NCBI GenBank assembly: GCA_965644295.1
Contig: CBFFRP010000159.1
Span: 1-64,000 of the forward strand
Direction of reading: 5' to 3'
Length of the DNA stretch: 64,000 bases
Origin: Paraphysomonas bandaiensis
Lineage: Eukaryota; Protista; Chrysophyceae
Shown here: positions 25,945 to 37,040 of the stretch, in pieces
Position numbering within the stretch: the stretch's first letter is position 1
Layout of the letters: every line of letters starts with the position of its first letter
Position numbers and translations under genes: made by a program
Notes under the pieces: model-generated
Database searches by the model: none
Seen by the model: the letters and a program-made list of their open reading frames with translations, nothing else
Told to the model about the DNA's origin: nothing

Positions 25945-26519
25945 TTACCGTTGTCCATGTATGCAGGTGATAGTGGACAGGTAGATAGCACAAAGCTTTC
26001 TTACTACACGGAACACATAACCGTACTTATTATACTCTCTGATACTTACGACTCTGCTATATCTAAAAACCATCTCACTCAACCTATTTCCCCATATATA
26101 TATCTAGAAAATGGTTTCCCAGCCATAAACAGCTAGTTTATAGTTTACTACTTCTAGAAATAATCATATAGAATCTCTTTAACATCCTACTATCTACTCC
26201 ATACTGTTGAGTTTGCTGTTGGAGCAATTAAAAGCTGTAGTTCCTAAGATATTTGAATTATAACCGTTACTCAAACAATACAGTGCTAGCTAACCGTAAT
26301 AATATGAGAACCAATGATGTGATAGCTATTGTAGTGATGAAACTGAAATATAATGAATGTACAAGATAGTGACGATGCTAGATCGTACAAGAAATGGTTG
26401 GTGTAGTAGAGGTAAATAGAGTTGGTGAATGACAATGAATGATGAATGACATCTCCTAAAATTTTATAGTTTTCTACTTTAAGTGATTGTCTAAGATTTA
26501 TTACTAAGTTCAACTACTA

Positions 26520-27506
26520 CATTTCGTTCACCCATAACTAGCTGCTCAAAAAACGGTCGACAGATACTTTTTTTCAGTTATTGAGTTTGATAATATTTCA
26601 GGAAATCTCTCAATTTCACCACGACTGCTCCCACACACCCTTCCAAACCGACTTGACACTGTCACTCAGGTCACAGGCTTCCATTTGCATGCTTAAGATA
26701 TCTCATTCATACTCTATGTCCAATATTAGAATGATGCCAACACAGTGGTCCCAAAATTTTCGAGGTCCGGTGGCGTGCAAAATATATATTTTGCATTTCA
26801 CCTCAAACGAACTCCATATTTTGTGATAAGTATCGCAACATCACTGGTGACAATCTCACGTTGGGTATTTTCATTTAAGGGCCTGCTTGTTTCAAACATG
26901 GCGATTAACAAGAGATCAAAATCTGTCAGAAAATCATCCCGTGGAAAGCGGTCTGCACTGGGCAAACATCAAAAATAGCATGGGACGAAGGTACTTTTCT
27001 GGTAGAGACATGAAGTGGATACAAGACTTCTTCAAAGAGCATTCTGAAACCATTAAGTGTAATTCTTTGGTTAGACATGCGCATGATTGTATGAAAATCT
27101 GGCTCAGACAGGATAATTTGTTGGGTGGTGTGTATGACAATGTAACTGTACCTGACGATGACATTAGAGAGAATATAATAGCAAATAACCCTAAGTTTAT
27201 GTCTGAAAACGAAATGGAAGATTTACAGAACCCATCTGAGGTGGCTGTTCACTTCACTATTCACAGGAATGGTGATATGGATTAGGGCCATATTTTGTAA
27301 GTGTAAAAATCACGAATTTTGTACTGTTCACTTTCACTTATCTTAACGGTATAGTAAAACGGCTAGTAGGTAGAAGCTAAAACTATGTCTCATATATCTT
27401 TGTGACATAAGCTTTCAGTGCATATGCTTACTTTTTAAGACTTATGTCTAGTTCTAGAAATATACTTGCTGATATTAGGAGCAGTTAGTTATGAGTGAAC
27501 GAACTG
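26520..27506. mobile_element. Non-autonomous Tc1/mariner-type element, 987 bp
   Basis: 28-bp TIRs at 26520-26547 and 27479-27506 (3 mismatches), flanked by TA on both sides; internal ORF fragments without a visible DDE motif. Confidence 0.75.
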
Positions 27507-28679
27507 TAATAATGTCATTATCGAACATAGTAGCAGGTGGGAGTTCGGATTGGAAGCACCTCCCTAAGTTCGATCAGTTCGGTGTTTTCAACTGGTCAAA
27601 GTATCTGAAAGTATAGTTGATGAGGAAAAGCAGAAACCATCTGGGCCTAGAGGAGCGCCCAGCGAGACCAGCGAACAACCGGAAACTGCTCGAAATCAGT
27701 ACAAGGAGAATCTGGACAAGTGGCTGGAACGGTAAGGATACATGCACCAGTTCCATATTTGAAGCCTTTTAACCAGTCACTGAAGCCCTTCAGATTGTGG
27801 ACCAGTACTTTCGGGAAAAGGACATGCTTCCGCAGGACCATCCGGAGAAAGAGCAGCAAGCGAGTGAACTCATCTCTAGATTAATTGATCGGTTTCGTAG
27901 AGAACTCGTTTGCAAGATTCTACCAGGGGAACTTGTGTGAGCTATCGACCGGCTAAACGGCATCTTCTCACAAAAAAAGTCAGAGCTAGAAGAACCACCC
28001 ACCGATATCGCTAAAAAACGAAGCTGCAGACTGCCCTCGAGATCCGAAACGATTTAGAACAATAGCACACTAACTACTAGTCTCTATCTACAAGTTGATA
28101 TATCATTTATAGGAGATATGATCAAGTAACTCTCATCTCGATGATATGTATTGCAGAAGTATATATAAATTCTACAGCTGACAACTCTGAGGTGGGCAGC
28201 TATCCCTAAATGCGGAAGAAGAAGTCATACAAAGAAATTCTAGTTAGAAAACAAGATCATCTTCTAGATATAACTACGAAGACTTGTAAGTAGAACAAAC
28301 CAACATGGAAGCATGATTGATTACGTTACAGTATAGAAGATACATGTGAGTTATTCATTGATATGAATACTTTGAAATGATACTAGTTGATATAGTTGAT
28401 AGCAGGGTTATGAACTAGTTGGTTAGAGAGGGTTATGCATATCGGCATCCTTCGTATATTTTTGTTCATATATGCCTCTATTATTGAGACAACAATTGTC
28501 TGTATTACAGCCGTAGTTGTATATCAGTAATATAGAGTATATTTGCCTCAATTTAATTCCGAAAAATATAATGCTGCCTACCGATACGTGTGTGATAATA
28601 ATGACTTGGATCACAGTGGACATATATATACATATAGGTATACACGTATGGACAGTCTGCATCTTATTTTTTCGGATAA

Positions 28680-30801
28680 TTCTCTGCCCTACGATGGCAA
28701 ATACAGTCCAACATAAAGTTTCACTCTATTAACCAGCTCCAAGCCCAATGTCTCTATTGAAACTGTGGCTGAGTCACATCAGTGTGCCCAGGGCCTTTTA
28801 CACTCCCTTACTGCTGCATTTTGTTGACCACCACGCTTCCGACAAATTACCTGTCACACCATGTTGTACACGCTCCAAGCCCCCCTGCCTGGCCTTGCAA
28901 CCTTCACCCTACTCAACTACTTCAGTTAAACCACGTGCCTGCACCAATGCAGCGCTGACCGCACCTACGTGCTATCCCCTCAGCAGACAACTTCGTCTCA
29001 CCCATCGCTTTCTACGGCTACAACCTCTCAGAACATGGCTCGTGCGAGCAGGCTCACGAAAACGACCCCCATGGACCCCCTATGCAATCACTGAATACTC
29101 TCGATCCCTCTCAACTGTGCAACAGGGCTGCCTTCTGCCGCCCACTCAGCCCAACCCAACATGGTTTGTCTGTGGTCCATCCACCCAGCAGGCTACCCCC
29201 TCACCCTGTTCACCTATCACCCCCACAGCCCATCCATCTCATTGGATAGACACTGTATTCCGCATACGGTATACTCGACTACTGTACTACTGTGTCCTAC
29301 AGGATGTATACCATTCCGTGTATACCTCTACTGCTGTTGGACACATCACCATGTCCATGTACCTGTCTACCTGTACTGTTGGACACATCACCATGTCCAT
29401 GTACCTGTCTACCTGTACTGTTGGACACATCACCATGTCCATGTACCTGTCTACCTGTACTGTTGGACACATCACCAGCTCTCTCTCACTGTCCAACACA
29501 CTCATAACACCACTGCAGTGTCATACACACACACAGTACACTCTACCTCCTCCTAGAAAACCCCCAGACAAACTATCGCCTCTCCCTTACTGGGCGTATT
29601 GGTCCACCCACTATTCCTCCTTCCTTCCACAAACTCAATTCCTTCCATCTTATGATGTGTTTTGCTCCAACGATCACTTCTTCCTGGACACCAAATACCC
29701 GGTGGAGTTGGAACTACACGCGCTACTCGAGAGAATTCCTGACTTCGTCATCATGCGTCTCCAAAATGTGTTGCAATGTCATTCCAAGGGAATGCAAGGA
29801 GTCCACCGTGCCAGGTCCATCAACCATCCCTCCCACGCCCTTCAGGGGAAGGAATTCTCCTCCGATAACAGCGGTGACGGACCTAGCAAATCCACCCACA
29901 CATTACCCTTATCCACTAAGGATGCCACCACACCGTATGCAACGTTATTTGACTATTTCCCAGTCAAACGGAAGCCACCTACCACCAACCCTACTCAACT
30001 GAACACCATGGGAACTCCAGCATTAGCCCCAGACGGCCCATCCTCACTCTCCACTACCACTCCTGACCTCAGGCCGGATGTACTGCCCAAGGATATTGCC
30101 ACATACCCCCTACACTACACAGAGGGCCGGGGTCACACGCCCTTTCACTCCGATCTGCTGAACAACTGGGTTAGATATGATGAAACCCAAACCATTGCTG
30201 CCTCCCCACAGGGAAACCTTTTAAAAGAAATATACGCACACATGCTATCCCCTGCCTGTTTAGACATATGGGAAGGATTCATAGCCAAGGCTTCCAGGAC
30301 GGACAACTATGATCTCATGATATCATTCACGCTACCAGAGCACAAATTGGACACCACGCACAGCGCCCTACTAGTTACCCAGCATCTCGCGAATGGCAAC
30401 AAACCCTGGGCAGACTCCACTCATGTTGTATCTAGGCATGTGCGGACCCTTTGCCTGACACATCTGGAACTAGGTGCACTCAGGACCCTAATTCAGAATG
30501 CTGAGCCCCCTCCAAAACCAATGGAGACCCATCCCAAAGGGAGACCCCCAGATCAAAAGCGCCGGTGAGTCCACGGACACACGATAAAGGCGAATTTCAT
30601 ATCACACAAAAAGAACGGAAGTGGTTGCACCTTGGTGCTTGCGGCGACGCACAAGCAGCTTTCGTAGCGTTAAATAGTAGGATAAAAGAGTTTGTATTGA
30701 TTAGTTACGGGTAGTGGTCTAACTAGTATGACTAGCATTCTACTAGCCACTAATTGATGCAAGGTCTCAACGCCTATTGCTAAATAATCAGACATTCACT
30801 A
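28680..30801 (+). mobile_element. Non-autonomous retroelement B with single 606-aa ORF (28748-30568)
   Basis: 13-bp TSD CTTATTTTTTCGG (28663-28675, 30802-30814); 5' end as in A; 870 bp colinear with A 4335-3466; 3' tail shared with C and D. Confidence 0.9.
29336..29477 (+). repeat. 42-bp tandem repeat x3.4 (VGHITMSMYLSTCT); same array at 55162-55303
   Basis: Unit GTTGGACACATCACCATGTCCATGTACCTGTCTACCTGTACT. Confidence 0.95.
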
Positions 30802-31009
30802 CTTATTTTTTCGGGAATAAATTGAAGCAAATATTCTCTATATTACTGATATACAACTACGGCTAGAATACAGATAATTGTTGTCTCAATATTAGAGGAT
30901 GCCAATTTTATTTCATTAAAAAGTCATCATTTTTTCAGTGAAAAGTGAAAAAACTGACTTTTCAGTGAAAACACAATGATAATATCGGTATCCGTGTTCA
31001 TATCCTACC

Positions 31010-31365
31010 CGTAGAGAAATACGTACTTGGATCGAAAATACAACACTGATACTACAGATCAATCAAACACTCACGGATCCAGTGCGCCCGTTGTCCTCCG
31101 TTCAAACTACACTACAGGTAGGCAAAAGACAAGTCTCTTTGCAAATACTACAGAAATCGTTAGTGATAGAAAATTATGGTGTCTCCCTACAACACAATAA
31201 TACTACAGCTGATCATGTTCTACTGTACACTCTCACTCGTATCCTACAGAGTCACACATGTACAATAACTGAAAACATAATCACTGTAACAAAAACGAAT
31301 GTGCACGTTGACTTTCATTTCCATCACTCGAAGACTTCTATACCGAATCATCATTTAGCTCTACG
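31010..31365 (-). repeat. 3' LTR
   Basis: Direct repeat of 35752-36107; termini CGTAGAG...CTCTACG. Confidence 0.95.
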
Positions 31366-34300
31366 CACCCCTGTGGCATGTGTATTGTTTCCCACGATAC
31401 CACATGTCATAAACTTGTACAGAGTACCTTGGAGGGGCTTCGTCAATGCATCAGCCAGCATCATCTTTGTGGGTAAGTACTCCAATTGAATGCTTCCCTC
31501 ATCTGCCCTCTCCTTGATGAATTCACGCCTCACACGCAGGTATTTTGTACGATATTTGCCTCCGCCTTTCGTTACAAGAGATAGAGTCGAGGTATTGTCT
31601 TGCAACACTCGAGGTGCGTCAATACTGTATCCTTGTTCCTTTATGAATTCTGCACATTGCACAATCATCATTAACATATCTGATAGACCTACCAACTCTG
31701 ATTCCGTCGAGTCACGTGTCACAATGCGCTGTTTCGACGATTTGCAGAGTACTGTTGCATCCCCCACCTTTACGACCAGACCCGAATGACCCTTTCCATC
31801 GTCATGAGTCCCAAATGCCGCATCGACGTATCCAGTAACGGTAAGATTCTTTCCAATGCACAGCAACAAGTCCTGCCCCTTAGTCGCGTTCAGGTAGCGG
31901 GTCACCCTGCCAAGTTTCTCCATGTCAGCATGCGTCGGATTCTTGACTCTCGTGCTAAGGTAAGCGACTGCAAGCAGTATGTCTGGTCTAACCCTTTTGG
32001 CCAGGTACAGCAACTGAGCCACCATCTTGTGAAACTTCCTTCTATCACTCTTACTAGTGTGTTTGTCCATGGTGTTCTTAAATAGAGTAGCTGTAGCAGG
32101 TGATGTAGCAGTTCCTGTCACTCCGTGTTCTCGTAGAAAATTCTCGATGTACGATCTCATGGACACTGTCACCTTATCTCCCTCTGCTCTAATGTGCATT
32201 CCGAGATATGACAGATCTTTCCCATCGTCGTGCTTTACATCCCCAAACTTCTCTTTCAGTTTCTTAAGCAACTCTAGGTAGTCGCCCTTATGGCTTGACA
32301 TGACCAGTATGTCATCCACGAATATCACCACTGTACACTTTCGCCCGCCAGCTACTTTGTTCATTACACATGGGTCGACCGCGTTGTGCTCGAATCCCAA
32401 ACTTTTCAAATATCCGGTAAGCGTGTCGTACCAGAGTTTTGCACTCTGGATGCACCCGTATAGCGCCTTGTCCAGCCGCACTAGTAGTTTACCAGTTTCA
32501 TCAACATACGGTGATACTTCAGGAGCCACTTTCTTCAATATCGTCGTTAACATTGGCTCTAATTCCATTATGACTTCTTCGCCAGACATCTCGGCGTTCA
32601 GGTAAGCGCCTCCTATATCCATGGTACCTATGTGACGTCCCTCTTTAGCAGCTATCGCCAGACACATCATAATCGATTGCATCGCTGCTGTTGGTGACGA
32701 TGTGTCTACGTACACCTTCCTATCTTGTTGTGCGCCATTAGCTACCAGTCTTGCTTTTATCTTTTCGAAGCGCCCTAAGCCATCATACTTAGTCTTGAGA
32801 AACATCAGAGATCGAATAGCTCTCTTCAACTGTGTTGCCGATAAGTCTTTGCGGTGTACTGGACGCATAGCCTTCTTGTCATGCAAAAGTTGTTTCAGTT
32901 CCGATATGATAGCGTTATATGCCGGTGGACCATACTCACGCAGTCCCTTCATCGCGCTCGTGTGAAAGGCCCTGTACTCTACTGGTTTCGACTTCGCATC
33001 CGGCGACCTGTCGTTCTCAACGCCTGTCTCGTCACTGCTTGTAATGCTGCTGCCGGACTTTATAGTTGGGACATCGTCATCCAGCTCCTCATCAACAAGT
33101 TCTGGCACTTCACCTTCATTATCACCGTCATCTCCTAGTGGGTCTCCACTATGCTCTACATCAACCACAGTAGTAGATACATCTTCCACTATTGTTTCTG
33201 CAACTGGAGTCTGTTTAACGTCCTCTGGCGTACTCTCCTTCATGTCTTCGCCTTTCTGCTGCTCTTCTGCTTCTATCGACTGTAGGAGTGGGTTCGGAAT
33301 CTGACTCTTCCTAGTCGTATCACCCATCTTCGCCATCTGATTCATCGCATCAATTATGAGCTGTGTTGTCTTCATTTTCACCCAGTGTGTCCTTCTCACT
33401 CGCTTGTGTGTCTTCACATTCATGAAAAGCCAGCTACCGTTGGCATTTCCAGTAGGGTACAATGCAATACACGGCTCAGTGCGATTTTGCTCGGCATCGT
33501 TGCTTCGCACCTTTGGGTTGTAGCACTCCACGTAGTCACCAAATGCTAGCTCTAGTTCCTTTCGGTAGTTAGGCTTCCTCCCAGTGAACGCTACTCGTGG
33601 CGCTACTATGGATGTGCCTGTAGACGGCCTTCTGATATTTAGGCGACTGTTTGAGTACTTCACCAGATCTCTGACCATGTTATCAGGCAGTGACCAGGGT
33701 AATCCTGCCTGCACAGATCTAATAGTCTCTTTCAGTCTCCGGATCTTGTGATCTACCTTGTCCATGTGATCCCCTGCTCCACACACATCCACTTCCACCC
33801 CTGTAATCTGTCCTCTGAGGGGTTGGAAACCAGGCTGCGGATCCAGATAGGCTACAGTTGGTGCGAAACCATGACTTCTTAGTAGAGATACTTGCTCCTG
33901 AAAAGCTAGACCTAGATCATCAGTCCTCTCACTAGCTACCGGAGATACAAGAGTCAACCCCAGTGGCTCGGACAGTGTTATCAGGAACGGTTGTTTTCTC
34001 ACACTGAATATATCGGTATACAAACGTTGCGGCTTGGCCTGATCTGCTTTGATCCCCACGTCCATGTACTGCCTACCGCTCTTACGTTTAGTGGTCTTCC
34101 CCCTAACCGCTTCATAAGGCTTCCCGTATATGTCGAAAGCTCGCCTCACGTCTTGCGCCGTCAACGGCACGTCTGTTACATTTCCGTCGCTCACAAGGTT
34201 CATGGCTCCCTGCTCTGAGTCGAAACCCGCGTTCCGTACAAGTTCCAGCGCCCTCCGAGCTCTCACCACTTCGCTTTTAGTGTATTCTTGTTCTTTCATT

Positions 34301-35739
34301 CTTGTTGTCGTAATATTTACCCTGCCTTGTGTCACCCAATCCCTCATATCAGCTATATACATTTTGTTCCGTCTGTAGAACACTAGCTCTCTATTAGGTA
34401 GACACACCGTGTATGACACTCCTGGCTCGTACACAATAGGGTACAGATCTTCCACATCAGCTTGGCACAACACACTGACTCGTAGGTTGTCGGCGGTTTT
34501 ACATGTGAAGAATTGTGGCAGCTCTCCCACATTGGGTAGTTCTACTGCGTGACCAGACAAGCCAGCTACTTTACACTTACGATCGGCAGGTCTCACATCT
34601 GTCAGTAGCCACGGGTGCACAACGGACACATCCGCCTGATTGTCTAGTAGAACTTCGTACCATTCGAAACGCTCTCCTCCCGATGTGAACGCATTCTGCA
34701 TAGTCACTGAGCATTGTTTCTCCTCTGGTTCGACGTTCTCTTGACACTGGTTTAGCTTGTGTCCAGTCTTTCCACAACCCCAACATACAATAGGGCCTCT
34801 ATGCTTTCGCACGCTTCCTTTCGACTCGTCGGTCCCATTCGACTTCGTCTTGTCATCAGCATCACCTGTGCGACGCTGTTGTTTAGTCGAGGTGTCCTTC
34901 CTGCTCACAAACGCAACACCACCATTAGGTTTCGCTCCTCTCTTCGGGGTGATATACTTCGAAGCTTTAGTGTAGATCTCGTTCACGTGCTTGGGTGGCT
35001 TCTGTGTACCCATCATTAAGTCATTCATAAAACTGGTCTTAAACTCCTCATATCTGGTGTCGTCCAGACCCCTGAAGAAGTCCATAGCAATATCTTCTTC
35101 TTCCATCTTCGGATTCTCCATATCATTGTACGCTTCCAAAAGAAAATCGAAACGCTCCTTATAGGCCACTATACTCTCAAATGGACCCTGACGCACGTCT
35201 TGGTACTTCTTTCTCGTCTCTGCACGCATGATGGTCCCTACATTGGAGTTCGTCGCTGTTTTGTGAGTCTGCTTGATAGCAAGCCACAACAGTAGAGGGT
35301 CCTTGGAGGAGTTAATCTCTTCGTATTCCTCCAATTGCTTAATCGCGTCCACGGACTCGTTGCTCAGTCTGTCATACATGAACGCATAGAAAGCTGATCG
35401 GTTGTCACGCATTTGGTCAATCTTCCTTTGGCGTGTCTTTCTCGCATCCTTAAGTTCTTCCAGGTTCAGACCGTGGGGGTCATTATCAAGATCGTAGTCC
35501 TCAATCTTTATCTTGGGTGGTTCATAATACTCATCGGTCTCCACGAGCCTCGCTAGGTCACCAAATAGCATCATGGCGGCCACTGTGAGCTTCTGCTTAA
35601 ATACCGCCAGGTTGGTGTTCGTCCCATACTTCAGAATCGGCACCGTTGGGGTCAATGCCTCTGCCCCTTGGCCCCTGGACCGCTGGTCCAACGCCTTGTT
35701 CCTAAACTTCTTGAGCTTCTCGTTGCTCGACTTCTTCAT
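31351..35739 (-). CDS. Copia Gag-Pol, 1462 aa (Gag-CCHC, PR, IN, RT, RNase H)
   Basis: CWGCGKTGHKLNQC; LLDNQA; KARLVANG; KALYGCIQSAKLW; FVDD; YVDAAF; QDN; ADALTKPL. The stop codon lies inside the 3' LTR. Confidence 0.97.
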   Translation of the reverse strand: MKKSSNEKLKKFRNKALDQRSRGQGAEALTPTVPILKYGTNTNLAVFKQKLTVAAMMLFGDLARLVETDEYYEPPKIKIEDYDLDNDPHGLNLEELKDARKTRQRKIDQMRDNRSAFYAFMYDRLSNESVDAIKQLEEYEEINSSKDPLLLWLAIKQTHKTATNSNVGTIMRAETRKKYQDVRQGPFESIVAYKERFDFLLEAYNDMENPKMEEEDIAMDFFRGLDDTRYEEFKTSFMNDLMMGTQKPPKHVNEIYTKASKYITPKRGAKPNGGVAFVSRKDTSTKQQRRTGDADDKTKSNGTDESKGSVRKHRGPIVCWGCGKTGHKLNQCQENVEPEEKQCSVTMQNAFTSGGERFEWYEVLLDNQADVSVVHPWLLTDVRPADRKCKVAGLSGHAVELPNVGELPQFFTCKTADNLRVSVLCQADVEDLYPIVYEPGVSYTVCLPNRELVFYRRNKMYIADMRDWVTQGRVNITTTRMKEQEYTKSEVVRARRALELVRNAGFDSEQGAMNLVSDGNVTDVPLTAQDVRRAFDIYGKPYEAVRGKTTKRKSGRQYMDVGIKADQAKPQRLYTDIFSVRKQPFLITLSEPLGLTLVSPVASERTDDLGLAFQEQVSLLRSHGFAPTVAYLDPQPGFQPLRGQITGVEVDVCGAGDHMDKVDHKIRRLKETIRSVQAGLPWSLPDNMVRDLVKYSNSRLNIRRPSTGTSIVAPRVAFTGRKPNYRKELELAFGDYVECYNPKVRSNDAEQNRTEPCIALYPTGNANGSWLFMNVKTHKRVRRTHWVKMKTTQLIIDAMNQMAKMGDTTRKSQIPNPLLQSIEAEEQQKGEDMKESTPEDVKQTPVAETIVEDVSTTVVDVEHSGDPLGDDGDNEGEVPELVDEELDDDVPTIKSGSSITSSDETGVENDRSPDAKSKPVEYRAFHTSAMKGLREYGPPAYNAIISELKQLLHDKKAMRPVHRKDLSATQLKRAIRSLMFLKTKYDGLGRFEKIKARLVANGAQQDRKVYVDTSSPTAAMQSIMMCLAIAAKEGRHIGTMDIGGAYLNAEMSGEEVIMELEPMLTTILKKVAPEVSPYVDETGKLLVRLDKALYGCIQSAKLWYDTLTGYLKSLGFEHNAVDPCVMNKVAGGRKCTVVIFVDDILVMSSHKGDYLELLKKLKEKFGDVKHDDGKDLSYLGMHIRAEGDKVTVSMRSYIENFLREHGVTGTATSPATATLFKNTMDKHTSKSDRRKFHKMVAQLLYLAKRVRPDILLAVAYLSTRVKNPTHADMEKLGRVTRYLNATKGQDLLLCIGKNLTVTGYVDAAFGTHDDGKGHSGLVVKVGDATVLCKSSKQRIVTRDSTESELVGLSDMLMMIVQCAEFIKEQGYSIDAPRVLQDNTSTLSLVTKGGGKYRTKYLRVRREFIKERADEGSIQLEYLPTKMMLADALTKPLQGTLYKFMTCGIVGNNTHATGVRRAK

Positions 35740-35751
35740 AATTTTCTATCA

Positions 35752-36107
35752 CGTAGAGAAATACGTACTTGGATCGAAAATACAACACTGATACTACAGA
35801 TCAATCAAACACTCACGGATCCAGTTCGCCCGTTGTCCTCCGTTCAAACTACACTACAGGTAGGCAAAAGACAAGTCTCTTTGCAAATACTACAGAAATC
35901 GTTAGTGATAGAAAATTATGGTGTCTCCCTACAACACAATAATACTACAGCTGATCATGTTCTACTGTACACTCTCACTCGTATCCTACAGAGTCACACA
36001 TGTACAATAACTGAAAACATAATCACTGTAACAAAAACGAATGTGCACGTTGACTTTCATTTCCATCACTCGAAGACTTCTATACCGAATCATCATTTAG
36101 CTCTACG
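35752..36107 (-). repeat. 5' LTR
   Basis: Direct repeat of 31010-31365. Confidence 0.95.
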
Positions 36108-36479
36108 GAATAGGAATTCCTGCAGGAGTGGACTGGGAAATCCTGCACTCCAAGGACTACGTAATTTTGTTGCTGGTGTGTGAAAGTACAGTACCAGAAT
36201 ACAGTAGTTCGTAGTAACAGCAGCATCTAGCTATCTGTAGATGTACTGCTATACGATACATATATACAGTATACCAGTATACATAGTACCTATGGAGGTA
36301 TGTATGTAGTTGTTGTCAGCAGTTTGAAAGTACTTGTTTGAAGCTCTTTGAATAGTTATTGTTATTATATATTTCCTTCAAGTATTGCGACTGCAAGTAT
36401 CATCGATTTGTATGAGGAGAATCTTATCATTGTAATTGCTGCCACGATAATAGTATATTCATCATTGCTGTTGGAGACA

Positions 36480-37040
36480 ATGAATAGCGTCGATAACACA
36501 ATGCCAGATTTTGCAGATATTGCGAAGAAGAGAGAGTTGGGAGACGAGGCGGTGTGGACTATCTCCACTGCGAAGCCAGGAAATGGCGTCGAACAATTAA
36601 GAGATAACAATATCGAGACATACTGGCAGTCTGACGGAACACACCCTCATATAATTACTATTCAATTCTTGAGGAAAGTTAGTATAAGTGATATTTGCAT
36701 TTATCTCGATTATGTTCTCGATGAAAGCTATACTCCTAAAAAAATAAGCATCAAGGCAGGAAGTAGTGCCCACGATCTAGTCGACGTCGCTAATAAAGAA
36801 CTTTCGGAGCCGTCGGGATGGATCCATGTAGAATTAGTTTCTTCTGATAGTGACATAGAAGGACCTTTGCGAGCTCATCTTATTCAGATTCATGTACTGA
36901 GTATGCACCAGAATGGACGCGACACACATATACGACAGGTAAAACTTTATGGCCCTCGCGCATCACCACGGGTCATGGGTAACTTTAGTCTAGACATGTT
37001 TCACACAATAGAAATGCAGCAATTTGCACTTCTTCGTTAG
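36480..37040 (+). CDS. APC10: Anaphase-promoting complex subunit 10 (DOC1)
   Basis: AVWTISTAKPGNGVEQLRD..TYWQSDG, DESYTP, HQNGRDTHIRQ. Confidence 0.95.
   Translation: MNSVDNTMPDFADIAKKRELGDEAVWTISTAKPGNGVEQLRDNNIETYWQSDGTHPHIITIQFLRKVSISDICIYLDYVLDESYTPKKISIKAGSSAHDLVDVANKELSEPSGWIHVELVSSDSDIEGPLRAHLIQIHVLSMHQNGRDTHIRQVKLYGPRASPRVMGNFSLDMFHTIEMQQFALLR

Larger units (their letters stand above)
28475..30898. repeat. Foldback/MITE with ~96-bp inverted arms (28475-28570, 30803-30898), interrupted by element B
   Basis: Arms are reverse complements, including an exact CTCTATATTACTGATATACAACTACGGCT block. Confidence 0.75.
31010..36107 (-). mobile_element. Full-length Ty1/Copia LTR retrotransposon (CoDi-like)
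   Basis: 356-bp LTRs at 31010-31365 and 35752-36107 with one mismatch seen; single intact gag-pol; purine-rich CAGGGGTG just before the 3' LTR. Confidence 0.97.

Noticed and set aside
27540-28270. Possible decayed gag/LTR fragment
   Set aside because: Coding-like composition but multiple stops and no diagnostic motif.
29336-29477. 42-bp repeats as a CRISPR-like array
   Set aside because: Head-to-tail units with no spacers, eukaryotic context, no cas genes.
31082-36183. Plus-strand ORFs over the Copia, including 31082-31489 and 35668-36183
   Set aside because: Antisense shadows of gag-pol or translations of the LTR.
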